The notes: generated by a model from the sequence alone, not told the origin. Counted from the stretch's first letter, positions 44,525-54,747 are shown. The stretch: DNA of 64,000 nucleotides from an uncultured Gemmatimonadales bacterium (GCA_963816355.1 CAWFKH010000003.1:768001-832000); one strand, 5' to 3'. Made by a program: numbers and translations.

Positions 44525-45802
44525 ATGCCGTACGACCTCTTCAGCAGCGCCCCGGCTCCCGCGGACGAGCCGATCACCCGCGTCGAGCAGACGCGGGCGC
44601 TGAGCGTCTCCGCCGTCAACGCGCTCGCGCGCCGACTGCTCGAAGAGGGCCTCCCTCCGCTCTGGGTCAGCGGCGAAGTCACGGGCTGGAAGCGGCACGG
44701 AGGGTCGGGTCACTGCTACTTCACGCTGCGCGACGCCGACGCGCAGCTCCGCTGCGTGCTCTTCCGTGCCGACGCGGCACGGCTTCCCACCGATCCCGAG
44801 GAAGGGATGCACGTGCGCGCCCTCGGCGGCCTGACGCTGTACGAGCGGCGCGGCGATTACCAGATGGTGGTCCGCCGCATCGAGGGCGACGGCGGCGACG
44901 GCCTGTGGCGTCTCGCCTTCGACCGCCTGCGACGTCGCCTCGAGGAGGAGGGCGCGCTCGCCGCCGCACGCAAGCGCCCCCTGCCTCGCTGCCCCGTCGC
45001 GCTCGGCGTCGTCACGTCGCCGGTCGGCGCCGTCTTCCACGACATCCGCCACGTCGTCGAGCGCCGTGCCCCGTGGACGCGCCTGATCCTCTCTCCCGCC
45101 CGCGTGCAGGGCGACGGCGCCGCCGCCGAGATCGCGGCCGCCATTGCGCGACTCGCCGGCTCCGGCCTCGTCGACGTGCTCGTCGTCGGCCGCGGTGGCG
45201 GATCCGTGGAGGACCTGTGGCCGTTCAACGAGGAGGCCGTCGCGCGTGCCATTCTCGCCTCGGCGGTGCCCGTGATCAGCGCCGTCGGCCACGAGACGGA
45301 CGTGACGATCGCCGACCTGGTCGCCGACGTGCGGGCGCCGACCCCGTCGGCCGCCGCCGAGCTCGCGGTCCTCGACCGGGACGCCGTCCAGCGTGAGCTC
45401 GACGCGACCGAATTGCGCATGCGCTCCCTTCTCGCCGGCCGCGTCGTGGAGCGGCGGCGGCGGCTCGAGAGCGCGGGCGAGCGGCTTTCCGGCGCGATCC
45501 GCCGCGTGGTCGAGCGCCGCGCCCATCGGCTCGGTGCGCTCGCCGGACGGCTGGAGGCGCTCTCCCCCCTCGCGGCGCTGGGCAGGGGCTACGCGGTGCC
45601 GCTCGACGGCGCCGGCCGCCTGCTGCGCTCGGCATCCGCCTTCCACGACGGCGACGACTTCCGCCTGCGCGTCGTCGACGGCAGCGTGTCGTGCCGCGTG
45701 CACGGCGCTCCGGTCGTGGACGCGGCGGGCGGCGCCCCGGCCGCCGGCAACGGGGCGGACTCCGCTGGCGGCACCTCGCGCGACGGTGAGGGCGAGCGAT
45801 GA
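44525..45802 (+). CDS. xseA: exodeoxyribonuclease VII large subunit
   Basis: WVSGEV, SGHCYFTLRD, GRGGGSVEDLWPFN, SAVGHETD, RAPTPSAAAE. Confidence 0.96.
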   Translation: MPYDLFSSAPAPADEPITRVEQTRALSVSAVNALARRLLEEGLPPLWVSGEVTGWKRHGGSGHCYFTLRDADAQLRCVLFRADAARLPTDPEEGMHVRALGGLTLYERRGDYQMVVRRIEGDGGDGLWRLAFDRLRRRLEEEGALAAARKRPLPRCPVALGVVTSPVGAVFHDIRHVVERRAPWTRLILSPARVQGDGAAAEIAAAIARLAGSGLVDVLVVGRGGGSVEDLWPFNEEAVARAILASAVPVISAVGHETDVTIADLVADVRAPTPSAAAELAVLDRDAVQRELDATELRMRSLLAGRVVERRRRLESAGERLSGAIRRVVERRAHRLGALAGRLEALSPLAALGRGYAVPLDGAGRLLRSASAFHDGDDFRLRVVDGSVSCRVHGAPVVDAAGGAPAAGNGADSAGGTSRDGEGER

Positions 45803-46032
45803 GTGAGGACGGGCCCACGCTCGAGCAGCGCCTGCGGCGCCTGGACGACATCGTCGCCCGCCTGGAGGGCTCCGACCTCGAGATCGACGACGCCCTCGCG
45901 CTCTTCGAGGAGGGCGTCGCCCACCTGCGTGAGGCGCGCCGCATCGTCCGCGACTCGGAGCTTCGCATCGAACGGCTCCTCACCGACGCGCGGGGCGACG
46001 CCGTCGTGGAGCCGCTCGACGACGAGCCGTGA
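45799..46032 (+). CDS. xseB: exodeoxyribonuclease VII small subunit
   Basis: LDDIVARLE..DLEIDDALALFEEG; follows xseA. Confidence 0.93.
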   Translation: MSEDGPTLEQRLRRLDDIVARLEGSDLEIDDALALFEEGVAHLREARRIVRDSELRIERLLTDARGDAVVEPLDDEP

Positions 46033-46973
46033 GCGCGGCGGCCGAAGCGGCGACCGCGGAGATCGAGCGGGACCTCGCGGCCATCGACGCCGTGCTCGCG
46101 GGCTGGATGGAGCATCGGCTGGCCGGGTGGCCCGCCGTGCTCGCGCTTCCGGCGCGACACGCGCTCGAGTCCGGCGGCAAGCGGCTCCGCCCCCTCTTCT
46201 GCCTCGCGGCCTACCGCGCCGTGAGAGCGGCCGAGAACGTCCCCCGCGCGGCGGTCGCCCTCGCCTGCTCGATCGAGTTGATCCACACCTATTCGCTGGT
46301 GCACGACGACCTCCCCTGCATGGACGACGCGGCGCTGCGCCGTGGCCGCACGACCCCCCACCGCGTATACGGCGCGGCGCCGGCCGCGCTGGCGGGAGCC
46401 GGCCTGATCGGCGAGGCGTTCCTGCTGCTGGACGAGGCCGCCCGCGAGCTCGGCCTCGGCGCCCATGTCCGCGCGGCGCTCGCGCGCGAGCTGGCCGCCG
46501 GCGCCGGCGCGGCGGGGATGGTGGGCGGGCAGGTCCTCGATCTCGCCGCCGAAGGGCGCCGACCCGCGCACGGCTCGCCGCATGCGGCTTCCTCGGAGCT
46601 CGCCGAGCTGACCGCCATCCACCGGCGCAAGACGGGAGCGCTGCTCGTGGCGGCCGTCCGGATCGGGGCTCGCGCGGGCGGAGGCGGGGATGCGGCGCTC
46701 GCCGCGATGACCCGCTACGGGGCCGCGATCGGACTTGCATTTCAGATCACGGATGATCTATTGGACGTGACGGAAGCGCCGGCGGTCACGGGAAAGTCGG
46801 GAGGCGACGCGGGGCGGGCGAAGGCCACCTTTCCCGCGCTGCTCGGCGTCGCCGAAGCGCGGCGTCGTGCGGAGGAGGAACTGGACCGGGGCGTGCTTGC
46901 GCTGGGCGCGGCGGACCTCGAGACACCGGCGCTTCGCGTGCTCGCGCGGCGCGCCGTGCGGCGTGATCGCTGA
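46029..46973 (+). CDS. ispA: polyprenyl (farnesyl/geranylgeranyl) diphosphate synthase
   Basis: GGKRLRP, HTYSLVHDDLPCMDD..RRG, GMVGGQ, KTGAL, FQITDDLLD. Confidence 0.93.
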   Translation: MSAAAEAATAEIERDLAAIDAVLAGWMEHRLAGWPAVLALPARHALESGGKRLRPLFCLAAYRAVRAAENVPRAAVALACSIELIHTYSLVHDDLPCMDDAALRRGRTTPHRVYGAAPAALAGAGLIGEAFLLLDEAARELGLGAHVRAALARELAAGAGAAGMVGGQVLDLAAEGRRPAHGSPHAASSELAELTAIHRRKTGALLVAAVRIGARAGGGGDAALAAMTRYGAAIGLAFQITDDLLDVTEAPAVTGKSGGDAGRAKATFPALLGVAEARRRAEEELDRGVLALGAADLETPALRVLARRAVRRDR

Positions 46974-46990
46974 AGAAGGGGAGGCGGGAA

Positions 46991-48892
46991 GTGTCCTTGC
47001 TGGACGGCATTCAGGGCGGGGAGGACATCCGGCGGCTGGAGCAGGCGCAGCTGCGCGATCTCTCGCGCGAGGTGCGCGAGCGGCTGATCGATGTGATCAG
47101 CCAGGTCGGCGGCCACTTCGCGCCCGGCCTCGGCGTCGTCGAGCTTACCGTCGCGCTCCACTACGTGCTCGACACGCCGCGCGACCGCATCGTGTGGGAC
47201 GTGGGCCACCAGGGTTATCCGCACAAGATCCTCACCGGCCGCAACGCCCGCCTCGGCACGATCCGGCAGAAGGACGGCCTCTCCGGTTTCCTGCGCCGCG
47301 ACGAGTCCGCATACGACACGTTCGGCGCCGGTCACGCGGCCACCTCGATCTCCGCGGCGCTCGGCATGGCGACGGCGCGCGACCTGAAGGGCGAGGACTA
47401 CAAGGTCGCCGCCGTGATCGGCGACGGCGCCATGACCTGCGGCCTCGCCTACGAGGCCCTCAACAACGCCGGCCACACGCACCGCGACCTGATCGTCGTC
47501 CTGAACGACAACGAGATGTCGATCTCGCCGAACGTCGGCGCGATGCACAAGTACCTGACGCGGCTCTCCACCAACCCGATCTACAACCGGCTGCGCGAGG
47601 AGCTGAAGAGCGTGCTGCAGCGCAGCCCCTCGGGCGTCGAGGAGTGGGCGATCAAGCTGGAGGAGAGCGTAAAGAACATGCTCGTCCCGGGCACCCTCTT
47701 CGAGGAGCTCGGCTTCCGCTACTTCGGTCCGGTCGACGGCCACGACGTCGACGCCCTGGTGGACGTGCTGCGCAAGGTGCGCCGCATGAAGGGCCCCCGT
47801 CTCGTGCACGTCGTCACGCGGAAGGGGAAGGGTTTCGCGCTCGCCGAGCAGAACCCGGTCGTGTGGCACGGCGCCACGCCGTTCGACAAGATCAGCGGCG
47901 AGATCACCAAGAAGAAGGGCGGCCACCCCGCCTACACCAAGGTCTTCGGCGCCGCCCTCGTCGAGCTCGGCGCACGCCACGAGGACCTCGTCGTCATCAC
48001 CGCGGCGATGCCGACCGGCACCGGCACGGGCGCCTTCGGCGACGCGTACCCGGAGCGCTACTTCGACGTCGGCATCGCGGAAGGCCACGGCGTCACCTTC
48101 GCCGCGGGACTCGCCGCAGAGGGGCTGCGTCCGGTCGCGGCGATCTACTCCACCTTCCTGCAGCGCGGCTACGACTCGATCATCCACGACGTGGCGATTC
48201 AGAAGCTTCCGGTCGTCTTCGCGATGGATCGCGCGGGCCTGGTCGGCAACGACGGCCCGACGCACATGGGCCTCTACGACATCGCCTATCTGCTCGCGGT
48301 ACCGAACATGACCGTCACCGCGCCGAAGGATGGCGCGGAGATGGCGGCGCTGCTGCGCCTCGGCGTCGAGTGGTCGGACGGCCCCTTCTCGCTGCGCTAC
48401 CCGCGCGACAGCGTGCCGTCGGCGGTGCCGCCGCTCGCGCAGATCGAGCCGGTCGCCTACGGCAGCTGGGAGGTGCTGCGCCGCGGCCGCGGCCTGGCGC
48501 TCCTCGCCGTCGGCACGATGGTGCTCCCGGCGCTCGAGGCGGCCGAGACGCTCGCCGCCGACGGCCTCGACGCGAGCGTCGTCAACTGCCGGTTCCTCAA
48601 GCCGTACGACCGCGACGTGCTCGCCTGGGTGCGGGCGACCCATCAGGCGGTGCTGAGCGTCGAGGAAGGCACCGTCGTCAACGGCTTCGGCGCGATGATG
48701 GCCCGCATCCTCGAAACCGAGGCTCCCGTGCCGGCGATCGAGGTTATGGGCGTGCCGGACCGGATCGTCGAGCACGCCACGCGCGCGCAACAGCTCGAAG
48801 AGGTCGGCCTCACCCCCGCAAGGATCGCCGAGCGCGCCCGCTTCCTCGCCGCCAGGGGCGGCGTCGAGCCGATGCGCGAGCTGGCGGGATGA
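46991..48892 (+). CDS. dxs: 1-deoxy-D-xylulose-5-phosphate synthase
   Basis: GGHFAPGLGVVELT, WDVGHQ.YPHK, GDGAMT, NDNEMSI, YSTFLQRGYD, DGPTH. Confidence 0.97.
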   Translation: MSLLDGIQGGEDIRRLEQAQLRDLSREVRERLIDVISQVGGHFAPGLGVVELTVALHYVLDTPRDRIVWDVGHQGYPHKILTGRNARLGTIRQKDGLSGFLRRDESAYDTFGAGHAATSISAALGMATARDLKGEDYKVAAVIGDGAMTCGLAYEALNNAGHTHRDLIVVLNDNEMSISPNVGAMHKYLTRLSTNPIYNRLREELKSVLQRSPSGVEEWAIKLEESVKNMLVPGTLFEELGFRYFGPVDGHDVDALVDVLRKVRRMKGPRLVHVVTRKGKGFALAEQNPVVWHGATPFDKISGEITKKKGGHPAYTKVFGAALVELGARHEDLVVITAAMPTGTGTGAFGDAYPERYFDVGIAEGHGVTFAAGLAAEGLRPVAAIYSTFLQRGYDSIIHDVAIQKLPVVFAMDRAGLVGNDGPTHMGLYDIAYLLAVPNMTVTAPKDGAEMAALLRLGVEWSDGPFSLRYPRDSVPSAVPPLAQIEPVAYGSWEVLRRGRGLALLAVGTMVLPALEAAETLAADGLDASVVNCRFLKPYDRDVLAWVRATHQAVLSVEEGTVVNGFGAMMARILETEAPVPAIEVMGVPDRIVEHATRAQQLEEVGLTPARIAERARFLAARGGVEPMRELAG

Positions 48893-49791
48893 GCGCTGCG
48901 TCCGCCGCGCCGCGTCGAGTGGGCGTCGTCGCACGTACCCACGACGAGCGCGTCGAGCCTTCCATCGCCTCGCTGCGGCGCGCGGCGGCGCGGCACGGCT
49001 TCGCGCTCTTCGCTGAAGCCGGACTGGCCGAGCGGCTCGGCGGCGAGCCGCTGGGTGAGGGCGGAGCGGGCGCCGAGCGGCTCGACCTCCTCGTCACCCT
49101 GGGCGGCGACGGTACGCTGCTCCGCGGCGCGCGCGGGGTCGCCCACCTCGAGATCCCGATCCTCGGCGTCAACGTCGGCCACCTCGGCTTTCTCACATCC
49201 ACGACCCCCTCCGGGCTCGACGACGCGCTCGATCGGATCGCCGCCGGCGACTACATCCTCGACCGCCGGATGACGCTCGAGGCGTGGGTGCACACGGACG
49301 GCGACGATGCTCCGCCGCGCTTCGTCGCCCTCAACGACGCCGTGCTGCACAAGGGCGGCTTCGCTCGCATGCTGCGGATCTCGCTTCACATCGGCGACGA
49401 CGGCGAGGAGATCGGCAGCTACAGCGCCGATGGGTTGATCTTCTCCACACCCACCGGCTCGACCGCCTACTCGCTCTCGGCCGGCGGACCGATCGTGGCG
49501 CCGACCGTCGACTGCATCCTCGCGACGCCGATCTGTCCGCACACGCTCGCCGTGCGGCCGCTCGTGCTTCCCGCCTCTTCGGTGCTCACCGTCGAGTTCC
49601 TGTCGCCGACGGAGGGGCTGATCCTCACGGTGGATGGTCAGGACGGCGGCGCCCTGACGGCGGCGGATCGCATCTCCTTCCGCAGCGGCGAGCCGCGCGT
49701 GCCGCTCGTTCGCTTTCCCGGCCAGACCTTCTTCTCGACGCTGCGGCGGAAGCTGAACTGGGGCATCGAGCGGGGAGAGAATCGCTCGTAG
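48889..49791 (+). CDS. nadK: NAD kinase
   Basis: LGGDGTLL, GHLGFL, LND, TPTGSTAYSLSAGGP. Confidence 0.95.
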   Translation: MSAASAAPRRVGVVARTHDERVEPSIASLRRAAARHGFALFAEAGLAERLGGEPLGEGGAGAERLDLLVTLGGDGTLLRGARGVAHLEIPILGVNVGHLGFLTSTTPSGLDDALDRIAAGDYILDRRMTLEAWVHTDGDDAPPRFVALNDAVLHKGGFARMLRISLHIGDDGEEIGSYSADGLIFSTPTGSTAYSLSAGGPIVAPTVDCILATPICPHTLAVRPLVLPASSVLTVEFLSPTEGLILTVDGQDGGALTAADRISFRSGEPRVPLVRFPGQTFFSTLRRKLNWGIERGENRS

Positions 49792-49861
49792 GACGCTCTC
49801 CGTTTCGTGCGTCGTCGCCGCTCGGCGGCCCCCCAGCGTCTCGCGCCGTCGCCTCCAGCTA

Positions 49862-49891
49862 TTGAACCGCCCGTCGGCCGGTCGGTATACT
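49862..49891 (+). promoter_or_regulatory. recN promoter, probably leaderless
   Basis: TTGAAC-N18-TATACT, ATG after a 6-nt gap, no SD sequence. Confidence 0.6.
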
Positions 49892-49897
49892 CCCGCA

Positions 49898-51559
49898 ATG
49901 CTGCTCGAACTCCGCATCGAGAACTTCGCGGTCATCGACGCGCTCGCGCTCCGCTTCGAGCCGGGCCTCACCGTCCTCACCGGTGAGACCGGGGCGGGGA
50001 AGTCGATCATCGTCGGCGCGCTCGGCCTTCTCCTCGGCGAGCGCGCGAGCGCCGACGTGGTGCGGCCGGGCGCGGCCCGCGCGGTCGTCGAGGCGGTCTT
50101 CGACATCGCCGATCACGACGTCGTGCTCGCGCGGCTCCGCGAACAGGGGATCGACGCCGACGAAGGTCTGCTGATCCTGCGGCGCGAAGTCGCCGCCGAA
50201 GGTCGCAACCGCGCCTGGGTCAACGGCGCCGCCGCGACCGCGACGCTCGTGGGCGAGCTCGGCGGCCTCCTCGTGGACCTGCACGGGCAGCACGAGCACC
50301 AGACCCTTCTCCACGGCGAGGCACAGCGCAGCATCCTCGACGCGTACGCCGGCGCCGTGGACGTGGCCGCCGCGCTGCGCGACGCCTTCTCCGCCTGGCG
50401 CACCGCCGACGCCGAACTCGCCGCGTTCGAGGCGCGGAGCCGTGCGGTGGCCGAGCGTGCGGACTCGCTTCGCTTCCAGGCGGAGGAGATCGAAGCCGCC
50501 CGGCTCGAGGAGGACGAGGAGCGTGCCCTAGCCGACCGGGTGCGTCGTCTCGAGCACGCCGAGGAGCTCGCTTCGCTCGCCGCGGGGCTGCACGACGAGC
50601 TCTATGCGTCGGAGCGGGCGCTGGCCGCGCGCCTCGCCGCCGCGCGCCGCCAGCTCGAGCGCATGCTCCGCATCGATCCGGCGGAGTCCAGCGCCGCCGA
50701 GCTCCTCGAGTCGGCCTATTACGCCATCGAGGAGGCGGGCCGCCGCCTGGGCGACTACGCTGCCTCGATCGAGTACGATCCGGGCGCACTGGAGGCGCTG
50801 CGGGAGCGGCAGGGCGTTCTCTTCCGTCTGTTCCGGAAGTACGGCCAGTCGAGCGACGAGGTGATCGAGGCGGGTCGGCGAGCGCGCGCCGAGCTGGATA
50901 CGCTCGAGGGCGGTCGCCTGTCGCGGAAGCAGCTCGAGCGGAGCGCGGCCGAGGCGCGGAGCGCGGTGGAGAGCCTCGCCGAACGGTTGAGCGCGGCGAG
51001 GGTCGAGGCCGCCGCCCGGCTCGCCGAAACGGTGAGCGCGATGCTCCCCGGCCTCGGGCTGCCGGAGGGGAGTCTGGTGGTCGCGCTCCCGGCGCTACGG
51101 GAGATCGGGCCGGCCGGCGCCGAGGACGTCGAGTACCGCGTGACGCTGAACCGCGGCTTCGAGCCGCGGCCGCTGGCCCGCGTCGCTTCCGGCGGCGAGC
51201 TCTCTCGCGTCATGCTGGCCATCAAGGCGGTGCTGGCCCGCCTCGACGCGGTGCCGTCTCTGGTGTTCGACGAGATCGATGCGGGCATCGGCGGTCGCGC
51301 CGCCAACGAGGTGGCGGCGACGCTACGCGCCGTCGCCGCCGATCACCAGGTCTTCGTGATCACCCACCTCGCTCAGATCGCGGCCCGCGCGGACCACCAC
51401 GTGCGCGTCGACAAGGCGGTTTCCGACGGAAGCGCGGCGACACGCGTCGTCACGCTGGAGGGAGACGCGCGCGTCGCGGAGCTGGCCCGCATGCTCGGCG
51501 CCGATCCGGAGAGCGAGGCGAACGTCGAGCGCGCACGTGAGCTGCTCGACGTCCGCTGA
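49898..51559 (+). CDS. recN: DNA repair protein RecN
   Basis: LTGETGAGKS, LHGQHEHQ, ASGGELSRVMLA, FDEIDAGIGG, ITHLAQIAA. Confidence 0.96.
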   Translation: MLLELRIENFAVIDALALRFEPGLTVLTGETGAGKSIIVGALGLLLGERASADVVRPGAARAVVEAVFDIADHDVVLARLREQGIDADEGLLILRREVAAEGRNRAWVNGAAATATLVGELGGLLVDLHGQHEHQTLLHGEAQRSILDAYAGAVDVAAALRDAFSAWRTADAELAAFEARSRAVAERADSLRFQAEEIEAARLEEDEERALADRVRRLEHAEELASLAAGLHDELYASERALAARLAAARRQLERMLRIDPAESSAAELLESAYYAIEEAGRRLGDYAASIEYDPGALEALRERQGVLFRLFRKYGQSSDEVIEAGRRARAELDTLEGGRLSRKQLERSAAEARSAVESLAERLSAARVEAAARLAETVSAMLPGLGLPEGSLVVALPALREIGPAGAEDVEYRVTLNRGFEPRPLARVASGGELSRVMLAIKAVLARLDAVPSLVFDEIDAGIGGRAANEVAATLRAVAADHQVFVITHLAQIAARADHHVRVDKAVSDGSAATRVVTLEGDARVAELARMLGADPESEANVERARELLDVR

Positions 51560-51607
51560 GGGCGGCGCCAGCGCGGGCGGCGGGGGGCGGCCGCCGCCGC
51601 TCGGGAA

Positions 51608-54400
51608 TCAGAAGCCGTACTTGAGCTGCAGGACCGCCATGCGGCCGAACGTCGGGACGCCCGGGAAGCTCTGGTACGACGTGTCGAAGATGTTCTGCAC
51701 CGAGAGCTGCAGTGCCGCCTGACGGGGCCCCGAGAGCGCGTAGCCGAGGGTCAGGTCGGCCAGCGTGTACTGCTTCACGCACGGATCCGTGACGAACTCG
51801 CCCTCGTTGATGCACGCGGTGCCGTTGTAGACACCGGACTGCACGGGAAAGCGCGAGTTGAAGCGTACCCGCGCGTCTCCGCTCAAGCCGCCCCTGCCCG
51901 CCTCGCGATAGATCAGCTCGACGCTTCCCTTGCGCTTCGGCGCGTTCAGCGTGACGAGCCCGACCTTGTCGGTGTCGAAGTGGTCCTTGTTGACGAAGGA
52001 GACGGTGCCGCGCAACGACCAGTTGTCGGTCAGCAGGGCGGTCGCGCCGATGTCCGTCCCCCACAGGTCGATCGACTCGTCCACGTTCGTGTAGGTGGCG
52101 AGGAGCTGCGCGCCCGTGGCGTCGACCTCGGGCGACGTGATGACGCCGAGCGGCACCTGCGCGAGCCCGGTCGCGAGCTGCGTAGCGGTCGCGATCGCCT
52201 CCTGCTGCGACATGCCGAGGTCCTGAATCAGGTGCGGCACGAGGAAGGCCGCCAGGTCCTGGCCGTTCATCGTCAGCAGGGGCGTCGTCACCGTGAGCGG
52301 CGTCACGAGCTGCTTGCGCCGCTCGAACCAGAGGTCGGCCGAGAGCGAGAGCCGGTTCGCGATGACGCCGCGGTATCCGCCCTCGACCGTCGAGTTCAGC
52401 GATTCCCGGATCGGTGCGATGTCCGGCAGCGCCAGCCCCTGGACCGGGACCGGCTGCCCCTGCACGATCGCCATGGTGCCCACGTCGGCCGCGCTCGGGT
52501 GGAGCTGCGACAGGTACTGCGCCAGGTCCGCCGGGATCTTGCCCGCCTTCGCCAGCGCGCCCACCGCGGCCGGGAAGAACGGCGCGACATCGGCCGGGAT
52601 CGACGAGCTCGGGCCGCCGAGTACGGACGGCACGCGCATCAGGTAGCCGCCGCCCGGCTGCTGGAAGTGGAAGCCGGTCGTACCGGTGCCCTGCACGCGG
52701 ACGCTGAAGCCGAGCGCCGCCGCATTCGGATCCGGAATCGCGGTCGCCAGGTCGAGGAACTGGTTCAGCGACGTCGGCGTCGAGAACGCGCGGTTGTACG
52801 TGATGCGGAACGACTGGTCCTGGAGCGGCTTGAAGACGAGCGCGGCGCGCGGCGAGAAGATCGCGTCCGGCAGGGCGGAGTGGTGGTCGACGCGGCCGGC
52901 GAGGACGAGTTCGAGGCGGGGCGAGAGCGTCGTCTCCGACTGGACGTAGCCGCCCACTTCGGTGGTCTGGTCCTCGTTCTCGTACTTCCCGTTGATCGTC
53001 CCCTCGGTGCGGGGATCGGTGTAATAGTAATCGAAGCCGTAGGTGAACTTCTGGCGCGCGTCCCACAGGGCCAGGCCGTGCTGGATCTGCGCCACCCACA
53101 GCCGGCTGTGGTCGACGATCGGCTGGCCGGTGCGCAGCAGGTAGGTGTCGCCGGCGTCGCTCGTGTTCAGGTACACCTGGCCGAAGAGCGAGCCCAGGTT
53201 CGCCCGCGCCTGGTAGTAGCTGTAACGCCAGTCCTTCGCCTGCCCCGCGCCCAGTCCCGTCAGCTCGATGCCGCTTCCCTCCAGCGAAGTGCCGGCCTGG
53301 AACACGGCCGTGAGTCGATCGGTCGCCTGCCAGTCCAGCCGGCCGTCCGCGCTCCACCGCTCGATCGCGTTGTCCCGCGTCCCGATCAGGGCGATGCGCC
53401 GATTCGCCTCCGCCACCGCCGCGGCGTCGCCGCCGAGGGCCAGAATGAGGTTCTGCCGGAAGACCGGGTTGTCCTGGAACTTCTGCCGCTCGCTCACCTC
53501 GACGGGGTCGATGAACGGGAACTCATTCGCCGTCGTGTACTGTCCCGACACCTTGAAGCCGACGCGGTCGCCCAGCCGCTGCGCCGTGCGGCCGCTGATC
53601 TGGAACAGGCTCTGGTCCCCGCCCTCCACGGCGAGCGAGGTCCCCTGCTCCGCGAGCGGCGACTTGGTGATGAAGTGCAGCACGCCGTCCGCCGTGTTCG
53701 GACCGTAGAGCGCCGAGCCGGGCCCGAGCACCACCTCGATGCGCGATAGATCCTCGCTCGTCGTCGGGATGAAGTGCATGACGTTGACGCGCAGCGACGG
53801 CACGCTCGCCAACCGGTAGTCCGTCAGCATGTGCAGCGCGCCGGAGAAGATGTTGTTGAAGCCACGCACGACCACGTTCGTCGACTGCACGCCCTGCGTG
53901 ATGATGTCCACGCCCGGCGTGGAACGGAGGTACTGCGCCGGCGTCACGACCGGCCGTGATTCGATCTCGCGCTGCCCGATCACGGACACGGATGCGGGCG
54001 CGTCCGTCGCCTTCTGCGCCTTCTTGGATGCGGACACGACGACCGGGTTGAGCGCGAACGCGGCGATCTTGAGCTGGATCGACGTGATGGTGGTCTGGCC
54101 CGCCACGACGCGCACGGCGGCCGCGCGCTGAGACTGGTAGCCGACCATGTCGACCTGCAGGGAATAGCTGCCCGGGGCAAGAGCGTCGATGCGGAACGCG
54201 CCGTCCGCCGCCGTGGCCGACTGTCCCGCGACCGTGTTGCCGACGGCGATCGCGCTCACCAGCGCGCCGTCCAGTCCCTTCCCGGACTCTGCATCCGTCA
54301 CCCGGCCGGTCACCGAGCCGGTCTGCGCGGACAGGGGAGCTACGACGAGGGCCACCCCGAAGAGGGCGGCGATGGCGCGCTTCGCCAATCGTGACGGCAT
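51608..54400 (-). CDS. TonB-dependent receptor with N-terminal carboxypeptidase-regulatory-like domain
   Basis: Signal peptide, VVVSASK TonB box, plug IEVVLGPGSALYG, C-terminal VQNIFD...GRMAVLQLKYGF. Confidence 0.93.
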   Translation of the reverse strand: MPSRLAKRAIAALFGVALVVAPLSAQTGSVTGRVTDAESGKGLDGALVSAIAVGNTVAGQSATAADGAFRIDALAPGSYSLQVDMVGYQSQRAAAVRVVAGQTTITSIQLKIAAFALNPVVVSASKKAQKATDAPASVSVIGQREIESRPVVTPAQYLRSTPGVDIITQGVQSTNVVVRGFNNIFSGALHMLTDYRLASVPSLRVNVMHFIPTTSEDLSRIEVVLGPGSALYGPNTADGVLHFITKSPLAEQGTSLAVEGGDQSLFQISGRTAQRLGDRVGFKVSGQYTTANEFPFIDPVEVSERQKFQDNPVFRQNLILALGGDAAAVAEANRRIALIGTRDNAIERWSADGRLDWQATDRLTAVFQAGTSLEGSGIELTGLGAGQAKDWRYSYYQARANLGSLFGQVYLNTSDAGDTYLLRTGQPIVDHSRLWVAQIQHGLALWDARQKFTYGFDYYYTDPRTEGTINGKYENEDQTTEVGGYVQSETTLSPRLELVLAGRVDHHSALPDAIFSPRAALVFKPLQDQSFRITYNRAFSTPTSLNQFLDLATAIPDPNAAALGFSVRVQGTGTTGFHFQQPGGGYLMRVPSVLGGPSSSIPADVAPFFPAAVGALAKAGKIPADLAQYLSQLHPSAADVGTMAIVQGQPVPVQGLALPDIAPIRESLNSTVEGGYRGVIANRLSLSADLWFERRKQLVTPLTVTTPLLTMNGQDLAAFLVPHLIQDLGMSQQEAIATATQLATGLAQVPLGVITSPEVDATGAQLLATYTNVDESIDLWGTDIGATALLTDNWSLRGTVSFVNKDHFDTDKVGLVTLNAPKRKGSVELIYREAGRGGLSGDARVRFNSRFPVQSGVYNGTACINEGEFVTDPCVKQYTLADLTLGYALSGPRQAALQLSVQNIFDTSYQSFPGVPTFGRMAVLQLKYGF

Positions 54401-54593
54401 CTCTTCCTCTCGGCGTCGGATCAAGGGGGCTCGCGGCGCGGGCCCCGTCGGTCGGTTCGTTGCCACGCTTCCCGGACCGCCCCCCGGCAGGATCGGCGGG
54501 AGGGGGGACGGGTGTGCTGGCAAGATACCGGCGCCGTGAAGAAGAGGTCAAGAAATCTTCGTACCGCCACCCGGTTTGGGCCTCCACCCCGCC

Positions 54594-54622
54594 TTGACGC
54601 GTTCCGCGGCCCCGCCTAGCTT
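54594..54622 (+). promoter_or_regulatory. promoter of the tRNA-Gly/tRNA-Cys pair
   Basis: TTGACG-N17-TAGCTT, 12 nt before tRNA-Gly. Confidence 0.7.
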
Positions 54623-54634
54623 CCCCTCCTGCGT

Positions 54635-54707
54635 GCGGGAATAGCTCAGTTGGTAGAGCGCCACGTTGCCAACGTGGAGGTCGCCGGTTCGAACCCGGTT
54701 TCCCGCT
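54635..54707 (+). tRNA. tRNA-Gly(GCC); CCA not encoded
   Basis: GCGGGAA..AGCTCAGTTGGTAGAGC..CCACG TTGCCAA CGTGG..GGTTCGAACCC..TTCCCGCT. Confidence 0.96.
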
Positions 54708-54715
54708 CTCGACGC

Positions 54716-54745
54716 GGGCGGGAGCCTCCTCGCCCCTTTTTGTTT
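54716..54745 (+). terminator. terminator-like hairpin in the tRNA spacer
   Basis: GGGCGGGAG-cctc-CTCGCCC followed by CTTTTTGTTT. Confidence 0.55.
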
Positions 54746-54747
54746 CC

